A stretch of DNA of 63,620 bases, filler included, from Choristocarpus tenellus KU-1152 (taxonomy: Eukaryota > Protista > Phaeophyceae), in assembly GCA_964200185.2 (NCBI GenBank). It is 12 parts of 12 records of this genome, joined end to end, with 100 filler letters (N's around TTAATTAATTAA, not from the genome) between each part and the next. Parts side by side here need not be neighbours in the genome. Positions count along the whole stretch, not along the records: positions 20,749 to 25,336 come from CAXNAD020013886.1; positions 25,437 to 28,543 come from CAXNAD020022284.1; positions 28,644 to 37,183 come from CAXNAD020004605.1; 9 more parts are not named here. The stretch is one strand, 5' to 3'. Under the pieces are notes generated by a model, which had not been told where the DNA came from, searched no databases, and worked only from the letters and a program-made list of their open reading frames with translations. The first letter of the stretch is position 1. Every line of letters begins with the position of its first letter. The translations under genes were made by a program, and so were the position numbers. Shown here one piece after another: positions 23,701 through 34,396 of the stretch.

Positions 23701-25336
23701 AATATTTATTCTGTGTGAATTGTGGCCATGAATGAAGTTGAAAGCACTGATATTGAGAGCTAATTGTGCAAAGACGTATCAGTGTGTTTATTGCATCTCA
23801 AAGTTAAGTCAGGAGATGATTAAATATTTACTTTGCTGTTCATTGCGACCCTCTGACTCTTACCCCCTTCCAAAGCATTTTTTTTTGGTCCAAAGCTAGC
23901 TTAATGCAAGTCTTCAAAGGAAACAGGTCTCCACCCCCTCCCCTCCCCTCCCCTCAGCACCCTCTAATGTGCACAAGGATATGCTTTTGCACCAATAGAC
24001 GCCTTCACATACCCGCCATAAGTAACAAAAACTACTGCCTTTTTGTGTAAAGAATCCAGTCTTTTGTGCACACATGCCTGATTCATGTGTTTGTATTATT
24101 GTGTGTGCTGTGTGTGTTTGTTGTGTGTCTTTCCCGTATGCCATGGGTGCATGCCTGTGTGTGGGTGCTTGCATGACTGGTCGGGTATGGCCATGGGTTT
24201 GTATCAACTTTGTTGTGTTGTGTATCAACTTTGTTGTGTTGTATTGTGTTGATTTGTGTTGCAGGCAACCTATGGCCTTCCCGGCACCACGATTCGTATT
24301 TTCTGTATGAAGCATAAGGCGCAAGGTATGGTGGATGTCAAGAATCGTCAATGTAACCAAGAGGGCTGCCTACGTCAGCCTAGCTTTGGATTTGAGGGGG
24401 GTCCAGCACTTCGATGTGGAAATCACCGTGCAGAGGGGATGGTAGATGTCATGGGGCGGCCAAAGTGCAGCTTTGAGGTGAGAGAGGGGTGGGGGAAGGG
24501 GGACAGTGTGTGTGTTGTGTGTGTGTGTGTGTGTGTTGAATGTGTGGTGAAATGTGCCAATAGCGCTTGTACATTTTTTTTTTGCCAGAGCTAAAAACTC
24601 AGGTGTGCACATGATGGAAGTCATGACATGATGAAAGTCATGACATGATGAATAGATATCCTTGCGTTGTTCTCCCTGGCAGAAGCTAAGGCCTGGTCAT
24701 TTTTGGTCTCTTGTGTGCTTTTGACTCTGCCCCAACTCCTGTTTCAAGGGTGACTGCGGAAATAGGGAGTGTGGGTGCATATAGTGGAATGGGAATGGAT
24801 TAAGCAGTTGTTGTTGTGCTCTCCTTGTTTTTTTATTGTCTTCCCACCCTCCCAACCCCTTTTCCTTCTTTTTCTCTTCTTTCAAGTTCACCATTGTGTT
24901 AATGCTTCTCCACTGGTTACCATTTTTGAACACGGACTTGGGACCTCTCAGACTATGTATATTGCAGTAAAGATCGAGATAAAACCCACACTAAAGACTC
25001 CCTATTTTATCCCCCACTATGACCTACATCATTTTGTTCCCCTTACACAAACCCCAGCTCTCGTCTTTAGTAGGCCTTCCATGATCTGTGAAAAGGTACA
25101 GTGAACGTTCTTGTGTATATAAAACCAAGCCGATAACAATTTAGACCAATACATAGCGATAACATACTCACCAGGTGTTCAAATTGCGTGATCATATTGT
25201 GTTGCTAAATGATCAGGCATGCACCAGACGTCCGCACTTTGGAATGCCTTCGACTTCCTCTGCCCTAGAGGTGGAAAAGGGTCAGCTCGAGGGGGCTTCA
25301 TCTGGGACCGGGGCAGGGGCAGGGGGGGCAGAGACA
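20749..25336 (+). CDS. EsV-1-7 cysteine-rich repeat protein with long Gly/Ser-rich region; exons <20749-22055, 23157-23228, 24265-24477, 25217->25336
   Basis: Repeats CSESGCQRVARFAAEGESGASYCK|AHKGSSTVKLKNRLQCQGPLCRVE|ATYGLPGTTIRIFCMKHKAQGMVDVKNRQCNQEGCLRQPSFGFEGGPALRCGNHRAEGMVDV...KCSFE|ACTRRPHFG match the EsV-1-7 consensus C-x4-C-x3-P-x-FG...C-x2-H-x3-GMVDV. All introns are phase 0 GT-AG. Confidence 0.9.
22651..22839 (+). repeat. Intronic tandem repeat, 9 x 21 bp (TAGTCTGTYGGTARTGAATGC)
   Basis: Directly counted. Confidence 0.97.
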
Positions 25337-25998
25337 NNNNNNNNNNNNNNNNNNNNNNNNNNNNNNNNNNNNNNNNNNNNTTAATTAATTAANNNNNNNN
25401 NNNNNNNNNNNNNNNNNNNNNNNNNNNNNNNNNNNNCCCCTTCAACCCCACACCAGTTACCACCCCACAATCATCCAAGAACACACCTTCATCACCCACT
25501 TCATACCGTGCCTTTGAGCTAAGAGACATCTACCCCGCCCGAACTTGACCTCCCCTCCCTCCCCGCATCCCTATCAGTCGTGAGCAAGCGACAGGGCGGG
25601 TGGGCAGAAAAGCTTGCTCGGAGGTTGTCTTGTTCTCACCCTCCTCATCTTGTATCCTTAGCCTTCAGCAATATTTTCAATGCTGACCCTTCCATTCTCC
25701 CCTCTCCTTCCGCCGATCGCTCATTTCTTCAACTTCTCTCCTCTCTCTCTTAGCCAGTCAACCCTTAACTATTTGCTCCCTTCCTGCTTACTTCTTATTC
25801 TTCTCTTTGTCCCTTCCCTTGTCCTATGCCCCCAACCAACCAGAATTCTTCCGCCCACAAAACTCAGATTACTTCATAAACTTTCCCTTTTTGCGCACTA
25901 TACATTTGTTGATTTCTTCCTTGGTTACATTTTGATCATTGTCCTGGAAATTACCTTATGCAGTCTTCCACTTAATACCATTCCAAGTTATCTGTAAA

Positions 25999-26460
25999 AT
26001 GTCAGTTGTAGAAAGCACGGTTATCTATTATCATACCGTTATTGCCGTATGCCATATACCGACGAAGCAATTGAGGTTCTTTGCTGAGAACTTCGGTTCA
26101 ACTGTGTGAAAGATCTTTGGAAGAATGGGTTTCCATTACTTTCCATGACATCTCATCATGAGCACGCTTTTTCGGGGGCGGATCTCCGACCTCTGAAGGG
26201 TTTCTTTTCTGAAACCCTTCCAAACCGTGATCCTCCCCACTTTCTCCGTCCTTGTCCTTGTCCTTGTCTTCAGTAGTTTTTGCACGTGTCCGAACTTAAC
26301 CTCGTCCTCTCGGTTATGGTTCGTCTGGGTCCATCTGGTTCGTTTTGCCTGGCGATTCTCTTCACCATCCTTCCCTGAGTGAACTGCTCCGCCATAGAAT
26401 TATACTGTTCATATTGGGGACACTCAGATATAGGGTGATGGGTAAACATTTTGTTTGACC
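25999..26460. repeat. Unclassified dispersed repeat (~450 bp), homologous to 41560-42025
   Basis: Shared blocks GCCATATACCG, GAGAACTTC, CTCTGAAGG, GATCCTCCCCACTT, GTCCTCTCGGTTATGGTTCGTCT, CTCAGATATA.GGT and TTTTGTTTGACCA occur in the same order in both copies. Confidence 0.8.
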
Positions 26461-26479
26461 ATTCACATACATGCCTAAC

Positions 26480-26960
26480 ACCAAACCCAGAAATAGAACA
26501 TGCCATCAACAACAACATCTTGATGAATTTGTGGAGGAAACAAAAGAGGAACGGTACAAAGACCGATGAGAACGGGTCAATCCAAGACATGGAATCATGC
26601 ACGAATCATGGCTCAGATCCAAGTTCTTTCTATCACTCCTCCTCGTCGTCATCCAACAGTTCAGAAAATGTGAATCATAGACGAGGGTCCGCCCCATCTC
26701 CTTCAAAAGATCGTGAGGATGGTACAGGAGCAGTGACATCAACCCTCGAGCATCATGTCTGATTGGCAACCGTGATACCCACCAGGTCCTTTTTCAGGAA
26801 AGTACAGTTTCCTCTCCACGTTCAACTGCTCGTGAGAATGCTGCTTCACAGGCCGGCGATGCCATCCCCATGTTCATAGCATACCACGTCAATGAGTCCA
26901 CCCGTGCGAATTGCTGTGTCGCCTGAATCGCTTCAGGACCTCCTGGAGCTCAAATCCTTC
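26480..26960 (+). mobile_element. Degenerate N-terminal part of a gag-like ORF (family A)
   Basis: ENGSIQDMES...RRGSAPSP...GAVTSTLEHHV...VLFQESTVSSPRSTARE..GDAIPMFIAYHVNE...LQDLLEL aligns by eye with 43000-44250 and 56284-57290. Confidence 0.6.
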
Positions 26961-27157
26961 CAACTGTTCTGATATTTGAATTTCGATCGATTTCAAAGTG
27001 GTACCAATCCAGACTACTTATCATGAAGTACTTGATTATATATTATTATTATGCCCTCTGAAATTTTCCAGATGTATCTGGGGAAAAGGCACTTCAATAT
27101 CATAAGAACTCCTGTAAAAGTAACAGCTGTCGTAAATGTTAAAGATATTTTCTATCA

Positions 27158-27416
27158 GAACCAAAGTATCATAGAGGGTAGAGCCGTGTCTATTTGGGGG
27201 CCAAAATCCAATGTTGCGATTCTGATGTAATTTTGTCTATCGTGTTTGTTAGGAAGTGTCGATATCCTTGTTCCGGGTCCACCTTTTCGTAAGGTATACA
27301 TTTTAACTACTCCGAAATATTTTGGACTAGGAAAATGTCGTAAAACCCCAAGGGAATCCAAGCCCCAAATAATGGACAAACAGGCAAAATTCATACCCTC
27401 TAAGATACTTTCACTC
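27158..27416 (-). mobile_element. MITE family 1 (Sola2-like), complete, TSD ATCA
   Basis: TIRs GAACCAAAGTATCATAGAGGGTA / TACCCTCTAAGATACTTTCACTC; ATCA on both flanks. Confidence 0.92.
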
Positions 27417-27796
27417 ATCATTTATTTTCTATTTGACTACTAGCTATGCTACAACACTCCCCTCCTATCCCTCCAGCCAAGCTTAGCCCTAACCCACAAG
27501 GCAAGGAGCTAGGGAAGCATCCCAAGAATCTGACAGGCCCCTCCTTGCCCATCTCCCTGGTGTTTCCAGCCTAAAACGCATGACACGTCTAGATGGAGCC
27601 ATTTGTGTTGTGACAGATACTATATGTCATAAACGATTTGACAGCTCTTTTCCTGCTGTAGCCTCCCGCCTCTCTCCTCCCTACCGCATGCGTAGCCACC
27701 TCATCCAGAAAACTTTCTACTTGTTTGCCGGGGTATTCAAAACTTCCCATCGCGAAGGTGTTGAGGTTAAAACTACGAGGGTCAAAATAACCCTTG

Positions 27797-28055
27797 GAGT
27801 GAAAGTATACCAGAGAGTACGAGTTTTTCCCTGTTTGTCCATTTGGGGCCTGGCTTTCCACGGACTTTTATTGGCATTTTACCTACTCCAAAATGTTTCA
27901 GAGTATGTAAAATGTATACGTTATGAAAAGGTGTGTCCGGAACAAGGATATTGACACTTCCTAACAAACATGATAGCCAAAACTTAATCAAAATCGCAAC
28001 ATTGGATTGTGGCCCCCAGATGGACGCGGATCTACCCTCTAAGATGCTTTGGCTC
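27797..28055 (+). mobile_element. MITE family 1, complete, TSD CTTG
   Basis: GAGTGAAAGTAT...AAGATGCTTTGGCTC; CTTG on both flanks; removing it restores the RLE reading frame. Confidence 0.93.
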
Positions 28056-28351
28056 CTTGCAGTAGGCGCGCTTTTGCCCCTCAGCTGCAACAACAGCTAC
28101 ACCATTGCTGGTGGGTGAGTGGGGCAGATGGGAGACTGCTTGCACTTCTGCAAACGTAACATCCAGGAGGAGGCCTTTATCCCCGTAGGGAGCTGATTTG
28201 GTGTCCACAAGTGCCCCATTCTGGAAGACCAGATCCATGCGGAAATTCCGGTCCACTGTGAATGAGCTACCGTCCTTCATAGAGCAAGGGATGCCGATTC
28301 CTTTGCAAAGTTGGCCTAGATGCTTCACCACTGGTGTGTGTTGGTGGACAT

Positions 28352-28520
28352 GACTCAAAGTATCTGGGGAGGGATTGCGGCTGTCCATTTGGGGTCAATT
28401 ATTAATGTCGCGATTTTTGGGTGATTTAGTTGCATATATCAGATGAATAATGTAAATGCACTTTTCCTGGTTTTGACCCAAATGGACACCCTGGTGTAGA
28501 ACCCCCCCCCCCCCCCCCCG
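28352..28520 (+). mobile_element. MITE family 2 (G-rich TIR), running into the contig end
   Basis: GACTCAAAGTATCTGGGG...GTCCATTTGGGG...CCCAAATGGACACC..GTAGACCCCCC. Confidence 0.85.
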
Positions 28521-29061
28521 CCCAGCCCCCCCGCACCCCCCCCNNNNNNNNNNNNNNNNNNNNNNNNNNNNNNNNNNNNNNNNNNNNTTAATTAATTAAN
28601 NNNNNNNNNNNNNNNNNNNNNNNNNNNNNNNNNNNNNNNNNNNGTGTCGAGGAAAAAGAAGGGGAGCGGTCTTCATCGTGTTACTGTGGTCGAGAACCCA
28701 CATTTGAAAAAGTTCGCTAGTCCGTATGGGTGCCATGCAGTACGTGCACCGAGCTATAGTGCGGTCAAAATGCTGAAAAAAAAAACTCCAAATCCAAATC
28801 CAAATCCAAAAACCCAACCGCCCCTCCCCCCCCCTACTACCCTCATTTGCACAATCCTAGTGCAAGCGATACGACGAAAAAAAAGGTAAATGCAAAGTAT
28901 GCCCTACCACGTACGCTCGAGAGGAAAATAATATAAAAAATATGAAGAGGAATTGAGACGCACGGGCCCCCCTTCACGGTTGATACACAACGGTCAATGC
29001 TTCTGAAAAGTACTCTCTTTCTCAAATAGGCACCATCGATAGCACTCATTCAAAAACGAAG

Positions 29062-29370
29062 AGAGACGAGAGCAAGCCGTGACATTTCTTTTTCTCAATA
29101 ACAATAACAAAAATAACAACAACAATAATAATAATAATAATAATAATAGCAAAACCGTGTAAGTCAAACCAGAGACGAGAGCAAGCCGTGACATTTCTTC
29201 TTCTCAATAACAATAACAAAAATAACAACAACAATAATAATAATAATAATAGCAAAACCGTGTAAGTCAAACCAGAGACGAGAGCAAGCCGTGATATTTC
29301 TTTTTCTCAATAACAATAACAAAAATAACAACAACAATAATAATAATAACAAAACCGTGTAAGTCAAACC
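29062..29370 (+). repeat. Three tandem units (109, 103, 97 bp), each containing an (AAC/AAT)n microsatellite
   Basis: Units start AGAGACGAGAGCAAGCCGTGA at 29062, 29171 and 29274 and end AAAACCGTGTAAGTCAAACC. Confidence 0.95.
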
Positions 29371-29636
29371 GATACTTTTATAAATATCCGACCGATCCAA
29401 CAATTTATCTACAAAAAAAAAAAGATGAGTCTGCACACAAACCCACCAACGCACGGCAAACGAAAACAGTTTCGCCTTTCCGGGTACTGGAACAGAACAC
29501 CACCAGGCCATCCCTAACCCTGGGCGCATTACCACGATACGGTTTCGCATCGTTTTTCGCAACCTGTACTCACACAAAAAGGAAAGAGCCTTCGGGGCGC
29601 AGTACTATACTACACAAGTCAGCCCGCTCTGCTCAC

Positions 29637-29939
29637 CTCGCTCAGGAGTTGCAACAGGTGAGAGGCCTTCATCGTGTCAGCGTCTCTGTCAGAGGTGTGA
29701 TTGTCGTTGAGATGCTGCGCCGCAGTAGTAGTAGTAGTAGTAGTAGCTCTGACCTCGGGGGCAGCCACGGTAGCAGCCACGGTAGCAGCCACGGTAGCAA
29801 CCACGGTAGCAGCGGAGGTAGCAGCGGCGACTTTCCTCGCCTCAGCCCTAAGCTTAGCACCGCCTCTCTTCTGCGAAATCTGTTCTGAGATCGGCTCGTC
29901 TTTGAAATTGTTCTCTGCTTCTCGATCGACCTCCTCCAT
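29637..29939 (-). CDS. Possible exon of a hypothetical protein with (VAAT)n and poly-Thr tracts
   Basis: 101 open codons ending at GAG|GTGAGC; a 12-bp repeat at 29761-29822 is in frame; no homology recognised. Confidence 0.35.
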
Positions 29940-30057
29940 CTTTTTTTTTTTTTTTTTTTTTTTTTTATTTTTGTATTATATTTGTAGTGGGAGTGTGAGT
30001 GTGTTAGAGAGAGTGTGAGGGAGGAAAAAAAAAANNNNNNNNNNAACAACAGGAGAA

Positions 30058-30095
<38 letters not shown>

Positions 30096-31415
30096 AAAAA
30101 AAACACACACAGACACATGCACGGGAAAAAGTACACATTTTTAATTTTCTGCATTTTATTGTGTTGATGAACAGCATTAAATGTGTCTGTAACAGTCTGC
30201 TCCTCTATTCTTGCAGCAAAAAAGGGGGGGTCTTATCTTACTACTGTTCTCTCTCTCTCTCTCTCTCTCTCTCTTCTTTGATTTTTTTTATTCCTGTGAT
30301 CCCCAGTTCATATCGATTGCTACGCTCTTTGTCCCCACGCTTTGATCTCCCAGTTCACAAACTTGTTATGTTAAGAGTGATGGTCGCTAGTAAATTCCGA
30401 GGGAAGGGAAAAAGGGTCTTTTATAAAACTTATTTCAATACATATTATCAACACACTGCAAGGAACAAAAAAAAGAAATAAGAAAAGGGATATTGGTCCC
30501 AAAAAGAGGGAAACACAGCAGCGGAGCAAAGGAGACGCATCTAGTATGGGTCACAGAGATCAAAAAATATTTCATTCTTGAGCGTCTTGGGAGGGGTTTG
30601 AAGCAGCACCGTAATGTCAGTCTTGGGGGCATATGAATCAGTGTGGTGAAGAAAGTGTGTGCAGGCAAAGGTGAGTTGGAAGGGTGGGGAGGGGGTATTG
30701 CTGGTAATTTCATCGTATTCGTTTTCATAGGATGAGGGGATTGTTCAGATTAGATGCTGAAATGCTATCGATCTACCACCACCCCCATACTGTGAATGTA
30801 ACAAGCTATTTGATCGACTGATGCATACCAGTCTGAGATTCAATAGATAGTCCTAGTCAATACCTTGGTGATACTGTTTGGATGTATAGGGCAAGAAAAC
30901 AGAGATGAGGGAGTATTAGTGCAGAGGAGGAACACACCTGGCATGATATGCGGATATAACGGAAGAGTCGTAGGTCATTACTATGATTGGTAGGGTTGTT
31001 CTAGGATTAGCACGGATTTGTTGAACTTCAAACCTCCTCAAATGATATAACCAGAAGTGGAGTAGGTCCCACTCAAAGCAGTCTATGGCAGAGAGTACAG
31101 CAAGTGCAAGTGTTCTAGATTGACAAAGCACACATTGTACGCTAGTCTTATCAACCGTGTGACTCGTAGTAGAGGAGAAGATCTTACACAAAAGCATTCC
31201 CCATCACAACTCAACCCACCAGTACCGAACAGAGGTGATAAAAAACAGTCAATCGACGCTATTCAGAGAACGAACCAGGCATACAGTAATTGCTCCCGTG
31301 CTGCTACATGATCACTGCACTTCACAAATAGGAGAAATGGTCAGCAGGCAGGGGTGTAGCAAATAAGGTGACTGGGCAGTTCGGGCGTTTGCGAAAGCAA
31401 TGAAAATTAGTATAC

Positions 31416-31496
31416 CTCATGCACCAAAGAAGACTTGAGGATGTTCAGTTCCTCCCATATCAATTCATTATCCGGTTTAGATTGCATGGAGGCCAT
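31416..31496 (-). CDS. Possible first exon of a hypothetical gene divergent from CysRS
   Basis: ATAATGGCC start, MASMQSKPDNELIWEELNILKSSLVHE, followed by a GAG|GTATAC donor. Confidence 0.4.
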
Positions 31497-32362
31497 TATT
31501 GCGCACGACTTCTTGTTGCTCTTGTAATTGCTCTTCGAACAAGCTGCAAACGCAGCAGGTCGAAGAGACAAACGCGAGAGGGTCGGGAGAGGGCCATGCA
31601 AGGGAAGAGAATGGTATGCTAGTGGTAAATATCAGTTGAGGCCAAGGTCCTAGAACTCTAGGCTAATTGGATCCTCTTGTGACCCAAGTCTCACTTGTTG
31701 ATAGATAAGTTGATTCGACGATAACACCACGACGATAACCTCGACACACACTCTCTTTCCTCTTTCTCCCTTTTAGTAGGAGTTCCTTGTTAGTTCTCAA
31801 ATTGTCAATCAGAGGCCTGAGAGACGAATAGACGACCGCATCAGTAGGTTCGAGATATTCAAAGATTGAGGAAGTGGGCTGTGACAGGGGAAAGTCAACC
31901 TTGGGCACGTTTCGAGTAGTATAGAGAGTAATTGCACAGCTCGCATTGCAACGAGATGTCGTTGACTTTGCACCTCGCACTCATGGATGTTTTAAGCATT
32001 TTTTCGGCATATCATTAGATATGTGCCTGGGATGTCCTCGTCGACATCTGTCACCTCTGTCGACAATCTGTGCCACTGTTCCTCTATCGTGTTAGTAAAA
32101 GGGAGTAATGCGAGGATCAACATGCCACCTTCTATTCGACGACGGCCAGGATTCAATCTCTTGCATCGAAGAGGAAGGCAGCACTTTCGATTTGACCTTG
32201 AGCTGTACCATATATCTTACAGTAGTATAGTTGTGGTTGTGTTGTTGGTTTGTTACCGTACGGTTTTTGACTTCATGATGAGGCATGTACATACTCGACA
32301 TAAGTTTGATTTTTTGAAGGGTTGACTAGAAGTGGTTGAGGAAGAGGGTTGCAAGAGAAGGC

Positions 32363-33646
32363 ATGTTACCCTTACGCCGGCTAATCCTTGGGGTTGACAT
32401 GCTTGTTCCATTAAGGTCCTTGAGGAGGATGCCCGTTACTCCAGAAAGTCGCTTTCACTTAATTGGAGTCTCACGCCGAACACATCATTCGACAGGGGAG
32501 ATGGTCCCCAGCTTGTTGAACACCGTTACAGGAAAGCTGGACCGACTCCCGCCCCCCTCTGAAGGCCCCCTGAAGTGGTACTCATGTGGACCCACAGTCT
32601 ATGACAGTGCACATCTGGGTCACGCTCGTACCTATGTTTGCCTAGACATCGTTCGTCGCGTGTTGACTGATTACTTCAGGTACGATGTCGTTTGCGCGTT
32701 GGGTATCACCGACGTCGATGACAAAATTATTGCAAAAGGGATAGAAGCGGGGTGTACTGACTGGACTGAAATGGAAACTCTGGCCAGAAGGGAGGAGAGG
32801 CTCTTCATGGAGGACATGGACGCCCTTGGTGTGCGTAGACCTGATGCCATTGTGAGAGTCACGGAACACATACCTGACATCATAGCCTACATCGAAGGCA
32901 TATTGAAGGTGTGAGTGGACTGAGATAGAGGCAGTAGATCTGGAGTGAATTTTGCACTATGCACATGAAGAATGATGTAATGGAATTGCCGACTGGGCTG
33001 TATGTAAGTCTCTTGCATCATCAAATTGACAAAGACTTTTACAGGAGCCGCTGGAGTTTTCTCATACAACTGGCGACTCCTAGCCTAGCATGCCTCCCGC
33101 ACATTGTTACCGTACATTTTCATATACTGCAAGTTCGTGGAGTTCCGAAATCACTGATTGATGTTCTTGCAAGGGGCAACCAGGCACAACATCCCTAGTT
33201 GCGATCGCCGAGCAATATTGTAGACTGTGAGGTGTGCCCCCCCCTCCACTATCTTCCTTCCCCCTGCCTCCTTGTCTTCCTGCGAAAGGAATTAGCTTGC
33301 TTATCTTTCTACCAAGCACTGGGGTGACTTGCACTCGAGTGCAGAAGATAGTAAGTTTCCCCACCTTTTCCGTCCACTCTCCCCCATCATTGTCATCCAA
33401 GAATGGGATGGCGTACAAGGCAGATGATGGCATTTACTTTGATGTGGAGAGCATGGGCGATGCCTACGGAAAGTTGGGAGTAGCTGCGGCGAGATCCTCT
33501 ATAGCGAACAAACAGCAACCGGCAGTTACTGCAGAAGTAGAGGGGGGGGGGGAGGGACAGGGGGAGCATTTGGGTCAGGGGTTAGGAGGCAAGAGAAGCT
33601 GGAAAGATTTTGCACTGTGGAAGGAAGCCAAGCCTCAGGAGCCATG
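32363..33646 (+). CDS. cysS: Cysteinyl-tRNA synthetase (probably organellar), 5' part; exons 32363-32908, 33402-33646
   Basis: WYSCGPTVYDSAHLGHAR (HIGH motif), ITDVDDKII, RVTEHIPDII, NGMAY..DGIYFDV and KRSWKDFALWK. The Arg/Leu-rich N-terminal extension suggests a targeting peptide; alternative ATG at 32399. Confidence 0.95.
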
Positions 33647-34396
33647 GTGAGTCTCAAGTAATACTGAGGCATTTTTTACAGCTGTTCAATCCCCAGGATT
33701 GATATTTACATGTCATCTTGGGCTATGTGGTACTGTTTATCTAAAGGGTTCGAGGCATGTATTTACTTGGGAACATGTACACATATGGTGATGTCAATAA
33801 ATCTGACACCGATCAGCTGATAAAATTTGGAATTCTGATATATCTGATCTGTCCCAAAGCGCCTCGAAATATGAAAAATAGGTATAATTGGAGAAGAAAA
33901 ATCCTCCCTGACTCTTGTTCATCATGTGCACCAATATTGAGTGACACTACCACATACAAGAGGTGACTTCTCCCTAGAAGTGAAGTCAAGTCACAGGTAC
34001 TTCAATGAGCATGTGTAGCTTGAGGCCATCCATTGAGCACTTCTTTTAGGTTTAGTCCAAGTCTGAGGACCTCTGGCTGTCGTAAGAGACAACTCTAGGG
34101 ATGTTGCGCAAGAGTGTAAATTGTATGTTATGTAGCTCTTGGAAGTAGACTAGTACTTACCAAAGTTTTCGCTCGGGAGCAATCGTTGGATTTCGGTAGA
34201 TTGGTTTGTTGGGTCTGTTTTTTGTATTCATATGTACTAAAAAATGTAAATACGTTTGCCAATTGTGCACCTCTTCCTGAAGCAGTTCAAATGCCCTTTT
34301 TGCTATACCTTTTTTTCTATACCTTTTTCTGTCATTTTTGGGATTTTTGTATGCGCTTATGCCCTTTGTATACGATAATTCAGTAATCTGAAGCTG

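Larger units (their letters stand above)
27040..28351 (-). mobile_element. CRE-like RLE non-LTR retrotransposon 3' end with 3'UTR and (ATA)n tail, interrupted by two MITEs
   Basis: RNFRMDLVF..LLLDVTFAEVQ..AEGQKRAYCK[MITE]GYFDPRSFNLNTFAMGSFE..FLDEVATHAVG; the UTR ends GAGGGCATAATAATAAT, as in 60630-60817. Confidence 0.8.

Noticed and set aside
20749-25336. Integrated phaeovirus (EsV-1) segment
   Set aside because: The gene has long spliceosomal introns and no viral core genes nearby; it is a host EsV-1-7 family gene.
27155-27954. Recurrent short ORFs such as MGVKIQCCDFD.. and MESQAPNGQTG.. (also near 43083-43795 and 51746)
   Set aside because: Incidental frames in MITE family 1 copies; start, stop and frame differ between copies.
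28994-29577. Poly-Leu/poly-Ile membrane-protein ORFs
   Set aside because: Translations of (AAT/AAC)n microsatellites.
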